Assembly: GCA_031414955.1 (NCBI GenBank)
Contig: JANOQV010000254.1
Coordinates: forward strand, 1-20,891
Source of the DNA: Pedosphaera sp.
GTDB taxonomy: Bacteria; Verrucomicrobiota; Verrucomicrobiia; Limisphaerales; SIBH01
Length of the DNA stretch: 20,891 nucleotides
Direction: 5' to 3'
The position numbers and the translations under genes were made by a program. The notes under the pieces were generated by a model. It made no database searches. It was not told the DNA's origin and saw only the letters and a program-made list of their open reading frames with translations. Position 1 is the stretch's first letter; each line of letters opens with the position of its first letter. This document shows positions 1-7,922 of this stretch, piece after piece.

Positions 1-120
1 TTCGCTTGGGCGGCGCGCTTCCGGCGCCTGGCCCGCGATTACGAACGGCTGGCCGAAACCCTCGCCGCCTACCATTGGCTGGCTCTGGTCACCCTCATGC
101 TCCCTTTGCTCCTCGCCTAG
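1..120 (+). CDS. IS5-family transposase, C-terminal fragment (cut by window edge)
   Basis: Frame +1 (not in the ORF track) reads FAWAARFRRLARDYERLAETLAAYHWLALVTLMLPLLLA*, stop TAG at 118-120. This matches the (VERS)FAW-x2-RFRRLARDYERL C-terminal motif typical of IS5-family (IS427/IS1031-like) transposases. Confidence 0.88.
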   Translation, partial: FAWAARFRRLARDYERLAETLAAYHWLALVTLMLPLLLA

Positions 121-139
121 TGTGCATGACAGGCTCTAG
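1..139 (+). mobile_element. Right end of IS5-family insertion sequence; putative terminal IR ~123-136 followed by TAG target
   Basis: Directly after the transposase stop comes TGCATGACAGGCTC then TAG (137-139), which reads CTA-GAGCCTGTCATGCA on the minus strand. GAG termini and TA-containing targets are typical of this IS5 subgroup. The left end is outside the window, so neither the IR nor a target duplication can be confirmed. Confidence 0.7.
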
Positions 140-329
140 CGTCAAATCCATGCTTAACGCATACCTCGATCAGACGGGATTTTACATAGTCCTTGAAGTC
201 CGGCGACCTGACTGATTCCCACATTGCCTTTATTTCCATATCGGAAACCGGCTCGGCAGTTTCGTACCCAATCACACCGGTTCCGAGGACTCTGCCGCTG
301 GACTTTTCTTCGATGATGATTCTAAGCAT
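117..329 (-). CDS. Small hypothetical protein (70 aa), C-terminus runs into the IS end, probably IS-interrupted
   Basis: ATG at 329 is preceded by AAAGGA (gaaccaaccaaaggaacaacc-ATG). The product MLRIIIEEKSSGRVLGTGVIG...KHGFDA is protein-like. Its last residues (RACHAH*) are encoded by the IS terminus. Confidence 0.5.
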   Translation of the reverse strand: MLRIIIEEKSSGRVLGTGVIGYETAEPVSDMEIKAMWESVRSPDFKDYVKSRLIEVCVKHGFDARACHAH

Positions 330-413
330 GGTTGTTCCTTTGGTTGGTTCCAGGCCATGAGGACACCAGGCTTGCAGTGCCACAAGTATTATTATTTCAT
401 TCGACTCGCCCGA

Positions 414-674
414 ATGAAGATGCAGTGCATGAATTGCCTTGGAACCCATGCCGTTGATCCCAGCGATGAACGAACAAGGAAATGTCCGAACTGTGGAAAT
501 CAACTGTGGTGCAGCGTTGAGGAAGAATCCACCCCAGCGAAGATTGTTGGGTTTATAGCAGGCCCGATCTGCATCTTGCTCGTGCTCGCCGCCGGCGCCG
601 CGATTATGATTGTAATCAACTATGCACTCTCAAAAATCGGCTTGGGATTTGGATTCAACCCAGATGGAAATTGA
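414..674 (+). CDS. Small zinc-ribbon membrane protein (CxxC-x15-CxxC plus C-terminal hydrophobic helix)
   Basis: MKMQCMNC...RKCPNCG is followed by IVGFIAGPICILLVLAAGAAIMIVINYAL. The start at 414 is preferred over 357 because the Zn-ribbon begins immediately and the upstream stretch is AT-rich and looks intergenic. Confidence 0.6.
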   Translation: MKMQCMNCLGTHAVDPSDERTRKCPNCGNQLWCSVEEESTPAKIVGFIAGPICILLVLAAGAAIMIVINYALSKIGLGFGFNPDGN

Positions 675-752
675 ATGTAGCCCACTACCCGCCAGCCCGC
701 ACATTGGGTTTGCGAAGTCGATAATGCCGAGGAAATGGAGCGAGCGAAGCCC

Positions 753-1751
753 TCACGAGAATGGACGGTCGCGGAGCATGGTGTACCACTGGACGGTTTC
801 GCGGAGCGCCGTGTCGAGAGTGTGGCGGGGCTGCCAGCCGAGTTCGCGGCGAATCTTGCTGGAGTCGATCGCATAGCGGCGATCGTGGCCGGGACGATCG
901 TTGACGGAGCTGATGAGCGAGCGCGAGTTGCCACCAAGCGGCGGGAACATTTCGTCCAGCAGATCGCAGAGGCGGGTGGCGAGCTGGCGATTGGTCAGTT
1001 CATGGGCGTCACCCACGTTGAAAGTCTGTCCCAGAGCGCCGCGCGTGAGCACAAGCCACAGAGCCTCAATGTGGTCGCGGACGAAGATCCAGTCGCGCAC
1101 TTGCTGGCCGTCGCCGTAGAGCGGGATGGGCTGACGTGTGAGGACGGAGCCGATGATGACGGGGATCAACTTCTCGGTGTGCTGCCCAGGCCCGTAATTG
1201 TTGCCGCAATTCGTAATCACGCCGGGGAAGCCATAAGTGCGGTGATAGGCGCGCACCAGCATATCGGCGGCGGCCTTGCTCGCGGAGTAAGGCGAACTGG
1301 GCGCGTAAGGCGATTCCTCGGTGAACGAGCCGGTGGCTCCGAGACTGCCATAGACTTCATCGGTGGAGACGTGGAGAAACTTCTTCCCCGACAGATCGTC
1401 GGCCCAGAAATGACGGCACGCTTCGAGCAGATGAAACGTGCCGGTGACGTTGGTGTGGATGAAAGCATCAGGCGAAGCAATGGAGCGATCGACGTGGCTC
1501 TCGGCGGCGAGATGCAAGACGTGGGTGATACCATGCCTGGTGACGACAAGGCGGACGGACGCCTGGTCGCGCAAATCGGCCAACTCGAAGCGATATTTCG
1601 GATGCGCCTCGATGGTGCGCAGGTTGTCGCGATTGGCCGCGTAGGTGAGGCAGTCAAGATTCACGAGCACGTCCACCTCGGGACGACCGATGACCTGCTG
1701 AATCAAGTTGGCGCCGATGAAGCCGCAGCCGCCAGTGACGAGAAGTTTCAT
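753..1751 (-). CDS. rfbB: dTDP-glucose 4,6-dehydratase
   Basis: Motifs: N-terminal LVTGGCGFIG (NAD-binding), LDCLTYA, HLAAESHVDRSI, catalytic VSTDEVYG and YSASK, NNYGP, YGDGQQVRDW, DRPGHDRRYAID. Confidence 0.95.
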   Translation of the reverse strand: MKLLVTGGCGFIGANLIQQVIGRPEVDVLVNLDCLTYAANRDNLRTIEAHPKYRFELADLRDQASVRLVVTRHGITHVLHLAAESHVDRSIASPDAFIHTNVTGTFHLLEACRHFWADDLSGKKFLHVSTDEVYGSLGATGSFTEESPYAPSSPYSASKAAADMLVRAYHRTYGFPGVITNCGNNYGPGQHTEKLIPVIIGSVLTRQPIPLYGDGQQVRDWIFVRDHIEALWLVLTRGALGQTFNVGDAHELTNRQLATRLCDLLDEMFPPLGGNSRSLISSVNDRPGHDRRYAIDSSKIRRELGWQPRHTLDTALRETVQWYTMLRDRPFS

Positions 1752-4700
1752 GGCGCAAAGCGGATCACGATTTCCTTCGCGCCCGAGGGCACGGGAGTTT
1801 CGGACATCTTGCCACCCGGCCAGCGCACCAGCACTTGCGACGGAGAAGCACGTTGGCCGAGCACGGCGACGGGGCTGTCCTGCGACAGGTAGCCCGAGCC
1901 GCCGTGAACTTCGCGGGCGGGACCAAAGCCGTCGGCGTACTTCAGGCGCAACACCGCGCCGAGACCGGCGGGATTGCCCGGCAGGCCTTGCAGCCGCACG
2001 CGCAGTCCGGGCTTGGCGGTCTGGTTGTGAAAGAGTTTCGTCTCCCCCCCGTTCTGGCTCACCACGAGATCGATGCGGCCGTCCTCGTCGTAATCACCCA
2101 CGGCGCAACCGCGTTGCTCACCCCAGACGACCACGCCGGATTCGGCGGCCGACATCGGACGGAAGTTGCCCTGCCCGGCGTTGCGCAGCCAGAGGCCGCG
2201 GCCGGCATCGAGGCGCGGTATCTCCTTGCGCGTGGCGAAGAAGTTTTGCGCGAGGAACAGATCATCCGCGCCATCGCCATCGGCGTCGGCCACGCTCAGA
2301 CCGAAGACCGGTGCCCACTGCGCCTCGGCGGGCAGCGGCCGGACCTCAAAGTGATCGCCGCGATTCAGGAACAGCGTGCTGGCCATGGTCACGGCCTGGA
2401 GTTCCCTGGCTTGCTTCATCCGATCACCAAGCATTTCGCTGATAACAGCCGCCCGGAATGATTGGTGGGTGAGATACTTGCCGCGCAGGAACGGCATGGC
2501 CGGGGCGAGCAGGGTGAGGTTCTCGCGCGGCACGATCTGGTTCAGCACGGGATCGAACTCGGCGTCGATCAAGGGCGCGGAGCCATCGCCGTTGAAGTCG
2601 CCATAATACAATCGCTGAGGATGGACCGCCGAAGCCCGAAAGGCGCTGTTCAAGCCCCAGTTGCCACCCACGAGGTCAAGGCGACCATCGCCATCGAAAT
2701 CGCCGGCGGTGACGCTGGTCCACCAGCCAGTGACATGGGTGAGGGTTGGGAGTTGAGGGTTAAGAGTTGCGCCGGTCACGGGGGGATTCCACACGGAAAG
2801 TTTGCCGTGGTCGTTGCGGAAAATTCTGATTGGCCCCCACTCGCAGGCGAGAATCAATTCGGCAAAGCCGTCGCCATTCAGATCACTCCACACCGCGCCA
2901 CTTACCATGCCGATGTCTTGGAACAGCGCGGCCTCGGGCGGCGCGCGACTGCCGCCCGCGCCCATGAAGAAGGGCGACCACGCCTCCGGATATCGACCGG
3001 CCACGACGCGGCTCCCGATGAACGCCTCCAGCGTGCCGTCGCCATTCATGTCGGCCACCGCCACCGTGCCGGCAGAGCCGCGGCTGATCATCGTCTCCAC
3101 CGTCGCGACCAGACCGGTGGGTGCAGACTTCAAGCTCACCACCGCCGAAGCCTCGGAGACCTCGTAGCTGGCACGCGTCACCAGCAGCGAACTCTTGCCG
3201 CCTGCCGCCCACGCGCTGAGGCCGAGCAAGTCGTCGGAAGCCAGGCCCGCGATCTCGGACTTGGCAAACGCGGCCTGGCCGCCTGAAGAGAAAACCGTGA
3301 GCGCGCCGCCGCGTCCGCTGCCGATGAACAACTCGTCGTGACCATCGCCATCAACATCCGTCCAAGCCACGCCCGGCCCGAGTTGACTGAGCTTCTTCGC
3401 GAGCAAGGGCTGCCGCGCAAAGTCATTGAACTCCGTCTCGTGGTGGCGGTGCGCGAGGAGGGAACTGACGTCCTTGAAGATCGGGCGACCTTGGACCTTG
3501 GATCTTGGACTTTGGACCACAGCACCAACCCCTGGTTCCTCGATCTCGTAAACGTGATCCGCCTTCGCCTCGCTCACCACGGTGCGCGCCCCGCTTCGCC
3601 ACCTCACTTCAATGACCAGCTTGTTCGTGGGCGAGCCGGCGGCGAAGGTCCGCACCGCCTCGTCCGCCGAAAGAAAACGCCCGCCGCAAATCATCTCCTG
3701 CGACTGTTCCGGCACCGCGCCGCCGCGCACGGTGATGCGGGCGTTGATGCCGCGCGTGTTCGCTCCCCTGCCCTTCAATCGCACCGCCACGCGCGGGGCC
3801 ACGGAGTCGTTGCGATAGATGAGCGGCGGTGCATTGAGCACGCTGACCACGACGTCCAAGTCGCCGTCGTTGTCCAGATCGGCCAGGACCACGCCGTGAC
3901 TCACCTGCTTCGCCTCGAAGCCCCACAACGCGCCGGCTTCCTCGAAAGTGCCGTCGCGGCGATTGCGGAACGCGCAGTTGGGCGTCTCCAGTTTCGGAAA
4001 CTGCATCAGATGCTGGAGCGAAGCCACCGGCCCTTTGCCAGACATGGGGCGGTCGCCCACATCCAAGTCTTGCGTGTCGAAGGCATGCCCATTGCCAACC
4101 AGCAGATCGTCGTAGCCGTCGAGATCGACATCGAGGAAGACCGGCGTCCAGGCCCAGTCAGAGGCATCCACGCCGGCGAAGTTCGCCAACTCGGCATAGG
4201 TGCCGTCGCCGCGATTACGGAAGAGCGTGTTGCGCCGAATCTGCGGACGATTGTCAATCTGCCCGATAAGGTTCACGACGAGGTTGGATTCGATCATCTG
4301 CGTCATGCGCAGCGCGTGGTGGCGACTGAGCATATCGACCACGATGAAATCGTCGTGGCCGTCGCGATCCAGGTCGGAGAAGTCCACGCCCATGGAAAAG
4401 TTGCTGGTCTGCCGCAGCGCGAGCCGGGGCATGGCGCGGAAGTGCGCCTGGCCGTCGTTCAACCAGATGCGGTCGGGCAATTGAAAATCATTGCACACAT
4501 AGATGTCCGGGCTGCCGTCGCCATTGATGTCGCGCATCATCACCGAAAGGCTCAGATCCATCGGTGCTTCCTTGAGCGACTGACCGTCCTCGTCGCGGAA
4601 AGTGCCATCGGTCCAGGAGAGCGGCGTGAAATGGCCGCGTCCGTCATTGAGATAGATCGCGCTCGGCTCGCCGAACTCGATGAACTTGCCGTCGATGATT

Positions 4701-5404
4701 TTCAATCGCCGCCCGGCCCGCCCGGTCACGACTGGCTTGCCATTGACCGTGCGCACTCCGAAATCACCGCCCGAACGCAGAAAAGTGTTCTCACCGTAAT
4801 TGGCCACGAACAAATCAAGCGTGCCATTGCCATCGAAGTCAGCCATTGCCATCGAACCGCTCCCCACCGGCTTCGACACCAGACCGGCGGCGACCGTGGT
4901 GTTGGTGAAGCGACCGCGCCCTGGGTTGAGGAAGAGCGCATTTGGTCCATTGTTGGCGCTCACCAGAAGGTCCAGCAAGCCGTCGCCGTTCACGTCGGCA
5001 AAGATCGCGCCTTTGGAAAGCATCCCCGGACAAGCCACGCCAGTCTGCTCCGTCACGTCCTCGAAACGGAAGTTGCCGAGGTTGCGATAGAGTGCATTGC
5101 GGCCCTCGATGTTGCAGAAGTAGAGATCGCACAGACCGTCGCCGTCGTAATCGCCCGCCGCCACGCCCGCGCCGTTGAGCAGGTTGTGATTGGCGGAGGC
5201 CGACTGGATGGAGAGGACGTTGGTAAAGCGAATCCCGGTCTGGGCCAGCACCTCGGTGAAGCCGGTCTTCCCGGCGTCTGGCAAGGTCAGCGCAGCCTCT
5301 CTAAATCCATCTCCCTCCCGCCAGGAGAGCGGTTGCGCGACCGCCGTTCCGATCAGAAACAGCCACGCGAGCGCGCCCGGCCAGTTGCGAAACAGGACAT
5401 TCAT
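1748..5404 (-). CDS. Secreted FG-GAP/VCBS-repeat protein with two ASPIC/UnbV domains (CRTAC1-like), 1218 aa
   Basis: Signal peptide (…LFLIGTAVA|QP). Many D-x-[DN]-x-D-G-x-x-D Ca-binding repeats (GDYDGDGLCD, ADVNGDGLLD, ADLDNDGDLD, GDFDGDGRLD). ASPIC/UnbV-like segments at ~3545-3790 (GGRFLSADE…IEVRWRSG) and ~1770-2005 (GGSGYLSQDS…VLVRWPGG). Stop overlaps the rfbB start (ATGA). Confidence 0.9.
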   Translation of the reverse strand: MNVLFRNWPGALAWLFLIGTAVAQPLSWREGDGFREAALTLPDAGKTGFTEVLAQTGIRFTNVLSIQSASANHNLLNGAGVAAGDYDGDGLCDLYFCNIEGRNALYRNLGNFRFEDVTEQTGVACPGMLSKGAIFADVNGDGLLDLLVSANNGPNALFLNPGRGRFTNTTVAAGLVSKPVGSGSMAMADFDGNGTLDLFVANYGENTFLRSGGDFGVRTVNGKPVVTGRAGRRLKIIDGKFIEFGEPSAIYLNDGRGHFTPLSWTDGTFRDEDGQSLKEAPMDLSLSVMMRDINGDGSPDIYVCNDFQLPDRIWLNDGQAHFRAMPRLALRQTSNFSMGVDFSDLDRDGHDDFIVVDMLSRHHALRMTQMIESNLVVNLIGQIDNRPQIRRNTLFRNRGDGTYAELANFAGVDASDWAWTPVFLDVDLDGYDDLLVGNGHAFDTQDLDVGDRPMSGKGPVASLQHLMQFPKLETPNCAFRNRRDGTFEEAGALWGFEAKQVSHGVVLADLDNDGDLDVVVSVLNAPPLIYRNDSVAPRVAVRLKGRGANTRGINARITVRGGAVPEQSQEMICGGRFLSADEAVRTFAAGSPTNKLVIEVRWRSGARTVVSEAKADHVYEIEEPGVGAVVQSPRSKVQGRPIFKDVSSLLAHRHHETEFNDFARQPLLAKKLSQLGPGVAWTDVDGDGHDELFIGSGRGGALTVFSSGGQAAFAKSEIAGLASDDLLGLSAWAAGGKSSLLVTRASYEVSEASAVVSLKSAPTGLVATVETMISRGSAGTVAVADMNGDGTLEAFIGSRVVAGRYPEAWSPFFMGAGGSRAPPEAALFQDIGMVSGAVWSDLNGDGFAELILACEWGPIRIFRNDHGKLSVWNPPVTGATLNPQLPTLTHVTGWWTSVTAGDFDGDGRLDLVGGNWGLNSAFRASAVHPQRLYYGDFNGDGSAPLIDAEFDPVLNQIVPRENLTLLAPAMPFLRGKYLTHQSFRAAVISEMLGDRMKQARELQAVTMASTLFLNRGDHFEVRPLPAEAQWAPVFGLSVADADGDGADDLFLAQNFFATRKEIPRLDAGRGLWLRNAGQGNFRPMSAAESGVVVWGEQRGCAVGDYDEDGRIDLVVSQNGGETKLFHNQTAKPGLRVRLQGLPGNPAGLGAVLRLKYADGFGPAREVHGGSGYLSQDSPVAVLGQRASPSQVLVRWPGGKMSETPVPSGAKEIVIRFAP
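2737..2771. repeat. Degenerate 7-bp tandem repeat (RGTTGAG x5) in frame within the FG-GAP gene
   Basis: GGGTGAG GGTTGGG AGTTGAG GGTTAAG AGTTGCG, encoding ATLNPQLPTLT on the minus strand. Confidence 0.6.
3490..3517. repeat. 7-bp tandem repeat (YTTGGAY x4) in frame within the FG-GAP gene
   Basis: CTTGGAC CTTGGAT CTTGGAC TTTGGAC, encoding VQSPRSKVQG in the linker after the first ASPIC domain. Confidence 0.8.
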
Positions 5405-5633
5405 CAGGATGGCGCGACAATGAAATCCATCTCCTTGCGCTGCAATTCAAATTGCCCGGCCGTGCGCAGAGTCTGTCCTCATCGGCCCACCGTCCGCCCG
5501 CCTCCGCGGACGGAATGTGTCGGGTGCAAGAGTCCATCTGGCCGACGGCGGCAGGAGAGGTTGCCCATACGCCGGAACGGCTCAACCCGGAAAACAAACG
5601 CGTGCTCCGGGTCTCTCGCTCCGAGGTGGGACT

Positions 5634-6308
5634 TTAGCGGCCGCCCATGATGGCGTTGATCTTTTGCTCGTTGCGGTTGGCCAGGCTGCGCTCGGTGCGA
5701 ATGTCTTTCGCCTCGGCCGCGGTCGGTTCGATGAGCAGGATGGACAGAAACTTCTCCGCACCCTGGCCGGTCAGGGACTGCTTGAAGACGGTTGGCTGGA
5801 TTTTGCAAGGATGCGGGAAGAAATCGCTGCCGTAGTTGTAATCCACTTCCTTGGCCCGGGCCGCGAGATATTCCGGGCTGTAGTGCGGCGCGTGCAAGAT
5901 GCTCAACGCGAAGAGATACATGCAACCGAAACGCACCGCACCAGCCACCATCCCGCCGTAGAATTCCCCCCGGCCGAAGACATCGCTCTCGATCAACTTC
6001 TGACCCAACTGCTTCTTGAGGAACAAGAAAATCATTTGCACGACCACCGCCACGAGGATGTAGCTGAAGATGTAGTAACTGAGCAGGCTCAAGACGGGTT
6101 TCTGGTTCAGGATGTTGCCCAGGAGCTTATAGGTGAAGGCGCCCGCCACCAGGATCAGAATCCACTTGATGGTGTCGAGCATCTCCTCGGACAACCCGCG
6201 CTTGCGCCCCCGCACCACGCCGATGCCGACGATCACCAAGGTGAGAAAGTCCACCCAACTGATGGGAAAACCATCCAGACTGTCCGTAATGCTTTTTAGC
6301 CAGCTCAT
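5634..6308 (-). CDS. CvpA-family (colicin V production-like) membrane protein
   Basis: N-terminal WVDFLTLVIVGIGVVRGRKRGLSEE matches the CvpA D-x9-G-x2-RG-x2-RG-x3-E pattern. About four hydrophobic helices, including GGMVAGAVRF. Confidence 0.75.
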   Translation of the reverse strand: MSWLKSITDSLDGFPISWVDFLTLVIVGIGVVRGRKRGLSEEMLDTIKWILILVAGAFTYKLLGNILNQKPVLSLLSYYIFSYILVAVVVQMIFLFLKKQLGQKLIESDVFGRGEFYGGMVAGAVRFGCMYLFALSILHAPHYSPEYLAARAKEVDYNYGSDFFPHPCKIQPTVFKQSLTGQGAEKFLSILLIEPTAAEAKDIRTERSLANRNEQKINAIMGGR

Positions 6309-6437
6309 ATAATCATTGGGGCGGCTCGAAAGGCCGCTTCCCTTCTCATCGGCAAATCCCGGCTCCGCATTAACGGGCCAGTTCAGATCCCGCCCGGCAC
6401 GCCGGACCAGTCGCGGCGGCGGCGCACCGTTCCAGAC

Positions 6438-6466
6438 TTGTCACCCGGCCCGGCGTCGCGTACTTG
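6438..6466 (+). promoter_or_regulatory. Possible sigma70-type promoter for the GT2 gene
   Basis: TTGTCA (6438-6443), a 17-nt spacer, then TACTTG (6461-6466), ending 17 nt before the ATG at 6484. The -35 is good and the -10 is weak. Confidence 0.3.
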
Positions 6467-6483
6467 TCTCGCGGCTTTTCCAA

Positions 6484-7224
6484 ATGGATCCAAAAACACT
6501 CGTCATTGTTCCGACTTACAACGAACGCGAAAACCTTCCCGCGTTGGTGAAGAAGATTTTCTCCCTGCCGGTGAAGATCGATCTGCTGATCGTGGATGAC
6601 AATTCGCCGGACGGCACCGGCAAGATGGCCGACGGGTTCGCGCAACAGCATCCGGGCCTGCACGTCCTGCACCGCGCGGAGAAGAACGGCCTGGGCCGGG
6701 CTTACCTCGCTGGTTTCAAGTGGGCGCTCGAACGTGACTACGATTTCATCATGGAGATGGACGGCGACTTCTCGCACAACCCCGAGGACATCCCCGCCTT
6801 CATCCAGACCGCCCTCGACGAGCAGGCGGATTGCGTGATCGGCTCGCGCTACCGCAAGGGCATTCGGGTCATCAACTGGCCGCTCAAGCGATTGATCCTC
6901 AGCATGGGCGCGGGCATGTATGTCAGGGCCATCACCGGCCTGCCGCTCAGCGATCCGACCGGCGGCTTCAAGCTCTTCCGCCGGGAGGCGCTCCGGAGCC
7001 TCGACCTCGAGGCCGTGCGCTCGAATGGCTACAGCTTCCAGATTGAGCTGTCCCACAAGCTCTGGCGGCAGGGTTTGAAGATCGCCGAAACGCCCATCAT
7101 CTTCACCGACCGCTTTCACGGCAGTTCCAAGATGTCGAAGAAGATTGTCCGCGAAGCGCTCGGGATGGTCTGGAGGCTTTGGTTTCAGAATGGCCTGCGT
7201 CGCTCGCCTCGTCCCAAGGTTTGA
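6484..7224 (+). CDS. Polyprenol monophosphomannose synthase-like GT2 glycosyltransferase (DPM1/Ppm1 family), 246 aa
   Basis: Motifs: LVIVPTYNERENL, IVDDNSPDGTG, KNGLGRAYLAGF, EMDGDFSHNP (DxD), VIGSRY, DPTGGFK, SNGYSFQIE, PIIFTDR-x2-GSSKM. ATG 6484 is chosen because the family motif starts four residues later. Confidence 0.92.
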   Translation: MDPKTLVIVPTYNERENLPALVKKIFSLPVKIDLLIVDDNSPDGTGKMADGFAQQHPGLHVLHRAEKNGLGRAYLAGFKWALERDYDFIMEMDGDFSHNPEDIPAFIQTALDEQADCVIGSRYRKGIRVINWPLKRLILSMGAGMYVRAITGLPLSDPTGGFKLFRREALRSLDLEAVRSNGYSFQIELSHKLWRQGLKIAETPIIFTDRFHGSSKMSKKIVREALGMVWRLWFQNGLRRSPRPKV

Positions 7225-7260
7225 GAAGAAGAGGGGCCGGCCAGTCTCTGCGGCGGGCCC

Positions 7261-7656
7261 TCAGCCAGCCACAGGCTGTGGCTCCCGTCCGGTCATGAGC
7301 ATTCGCTGGAGCAATCCCACCACCGCCACGGGCGAATCCTTGCTCTTGTCGAAGACATGGTCGGCACCGGCCGCGCGGGCCTGTTCGATGAAAGCAGGGA
7401 TGGCGGCATTGGTCAGCACCACCACGGGCACCGTCTGGAAAGCCTCCTGGACGCGCATGGCCTGGAGCACAACGATGCCATTCACCTTCGGCAACATTAC
7501 ATCCACCACCACTGCGTCCGGTCGAACCCCGGCCAACTTGGCCAGGCCCTCCTCACCATTCACCGCGAATTCCACGGCAAATCCCTGCGCCAACAGAAAC
7601 CGTTCGTACATGGCTCGCACCACCGGATCGTCCTCGATCATCAAAATTGTCTTCAT
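7261..7656 (-). CDS. Single-domain response regulator (CheY-like receiver), 131 aa
   Basis: MKTILMIEDD (acidic pocket), VVVDVMLPKVNG (phosphoacceptor Asp), VVVLTN (Thr), AGADHVFDK (Lys). No output domain. The start may instead be 7668 or 7680. Confidence 0.9.
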   Translation of the reverse strand: MKTILMIEDDPVVRAMYERFLLAQGFAVEFAVNGEEGLAKLAGVRPDAVVVDVMLPKVNGIVVLQAMRVQEAFQTVPVVVLTNAAIPAFIEQARAAGADHVFDKSKDSPVAVVGLLQRMLMTGREPQPVAG

Positions 7657-7664
7657 TCCTGCTT

Positions 7665-7698
7665 CCATTCCATCGGCCATTCCATCGGCATTATCGGC
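7665..7698. repeat. 12-bp direct tandem repeat upstream of the response regulator
   Basis: CCATTCCATCGG x2 exact (7665-7688), then a degenerate CATTATCGGC. Confidence 0.65.
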
Positions 7699-7922
7699 CG
7701 GCAGATTGAACGCTGCTTCTGTGACGCCATGACATGTACCCCAAGCCCCAGGCCTCAGCCTCAGTTTTCCGGACGCGCCTCAAAGCCCATCGGGCACGCC
7801 GGCTGGAGGCTCAATGGTTACATCTTGACCCAATTGTGCTTCCCCGCTGGTGCGCGACGCGGCCTGAAGACCTTCTCTCTCGCCCCATCTGAGCCGGAAC
7901 CATTCAGTTGGAATATAGCTGT

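Noticed and set aside
6..215. ORF-track 69-aa ORF
   Set aside because: Wrong frame. Frame +1 carries the recognisable transposase C-terminus.
5404..5445. Possible promoter TTGCAG-17-CATTGT and mini-uORF MDFIVAPS* overlapping the FG-GAP start; similar TTGCAG…TTTCATT at 372-401
   Set aside because: The -10 matches are weak, spacing differs between the two sites, and AAGGAG abuts the uORF ATG with no spacing.
5490..5612. Hairpins CCGTCCGC/GCGGACGG (5490-5513) and ACCCGGA/TCCGGGT (5585-5612) as terminators
   Set aside because: Neither has a U-tract on the relevant strand, and 7-8-bp GC stems are common at this GC content.
735..5650. Long plus-strand ORFs 735-1892, 1708-2442, 1835-2461, 2462-3286, 3338-5650
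   Set aside because: Antisense shadows of rfbB and the FG-GAP gene. They are expected from GC-rich codon usage and show no family motifs.
6316..6483. N-terminal extension of the GT2 ORF from TTG 6316
   Set aside because: It is not protein-like and would fill the whole divergent intergenic region; the family motif starts right after ATG 6484.
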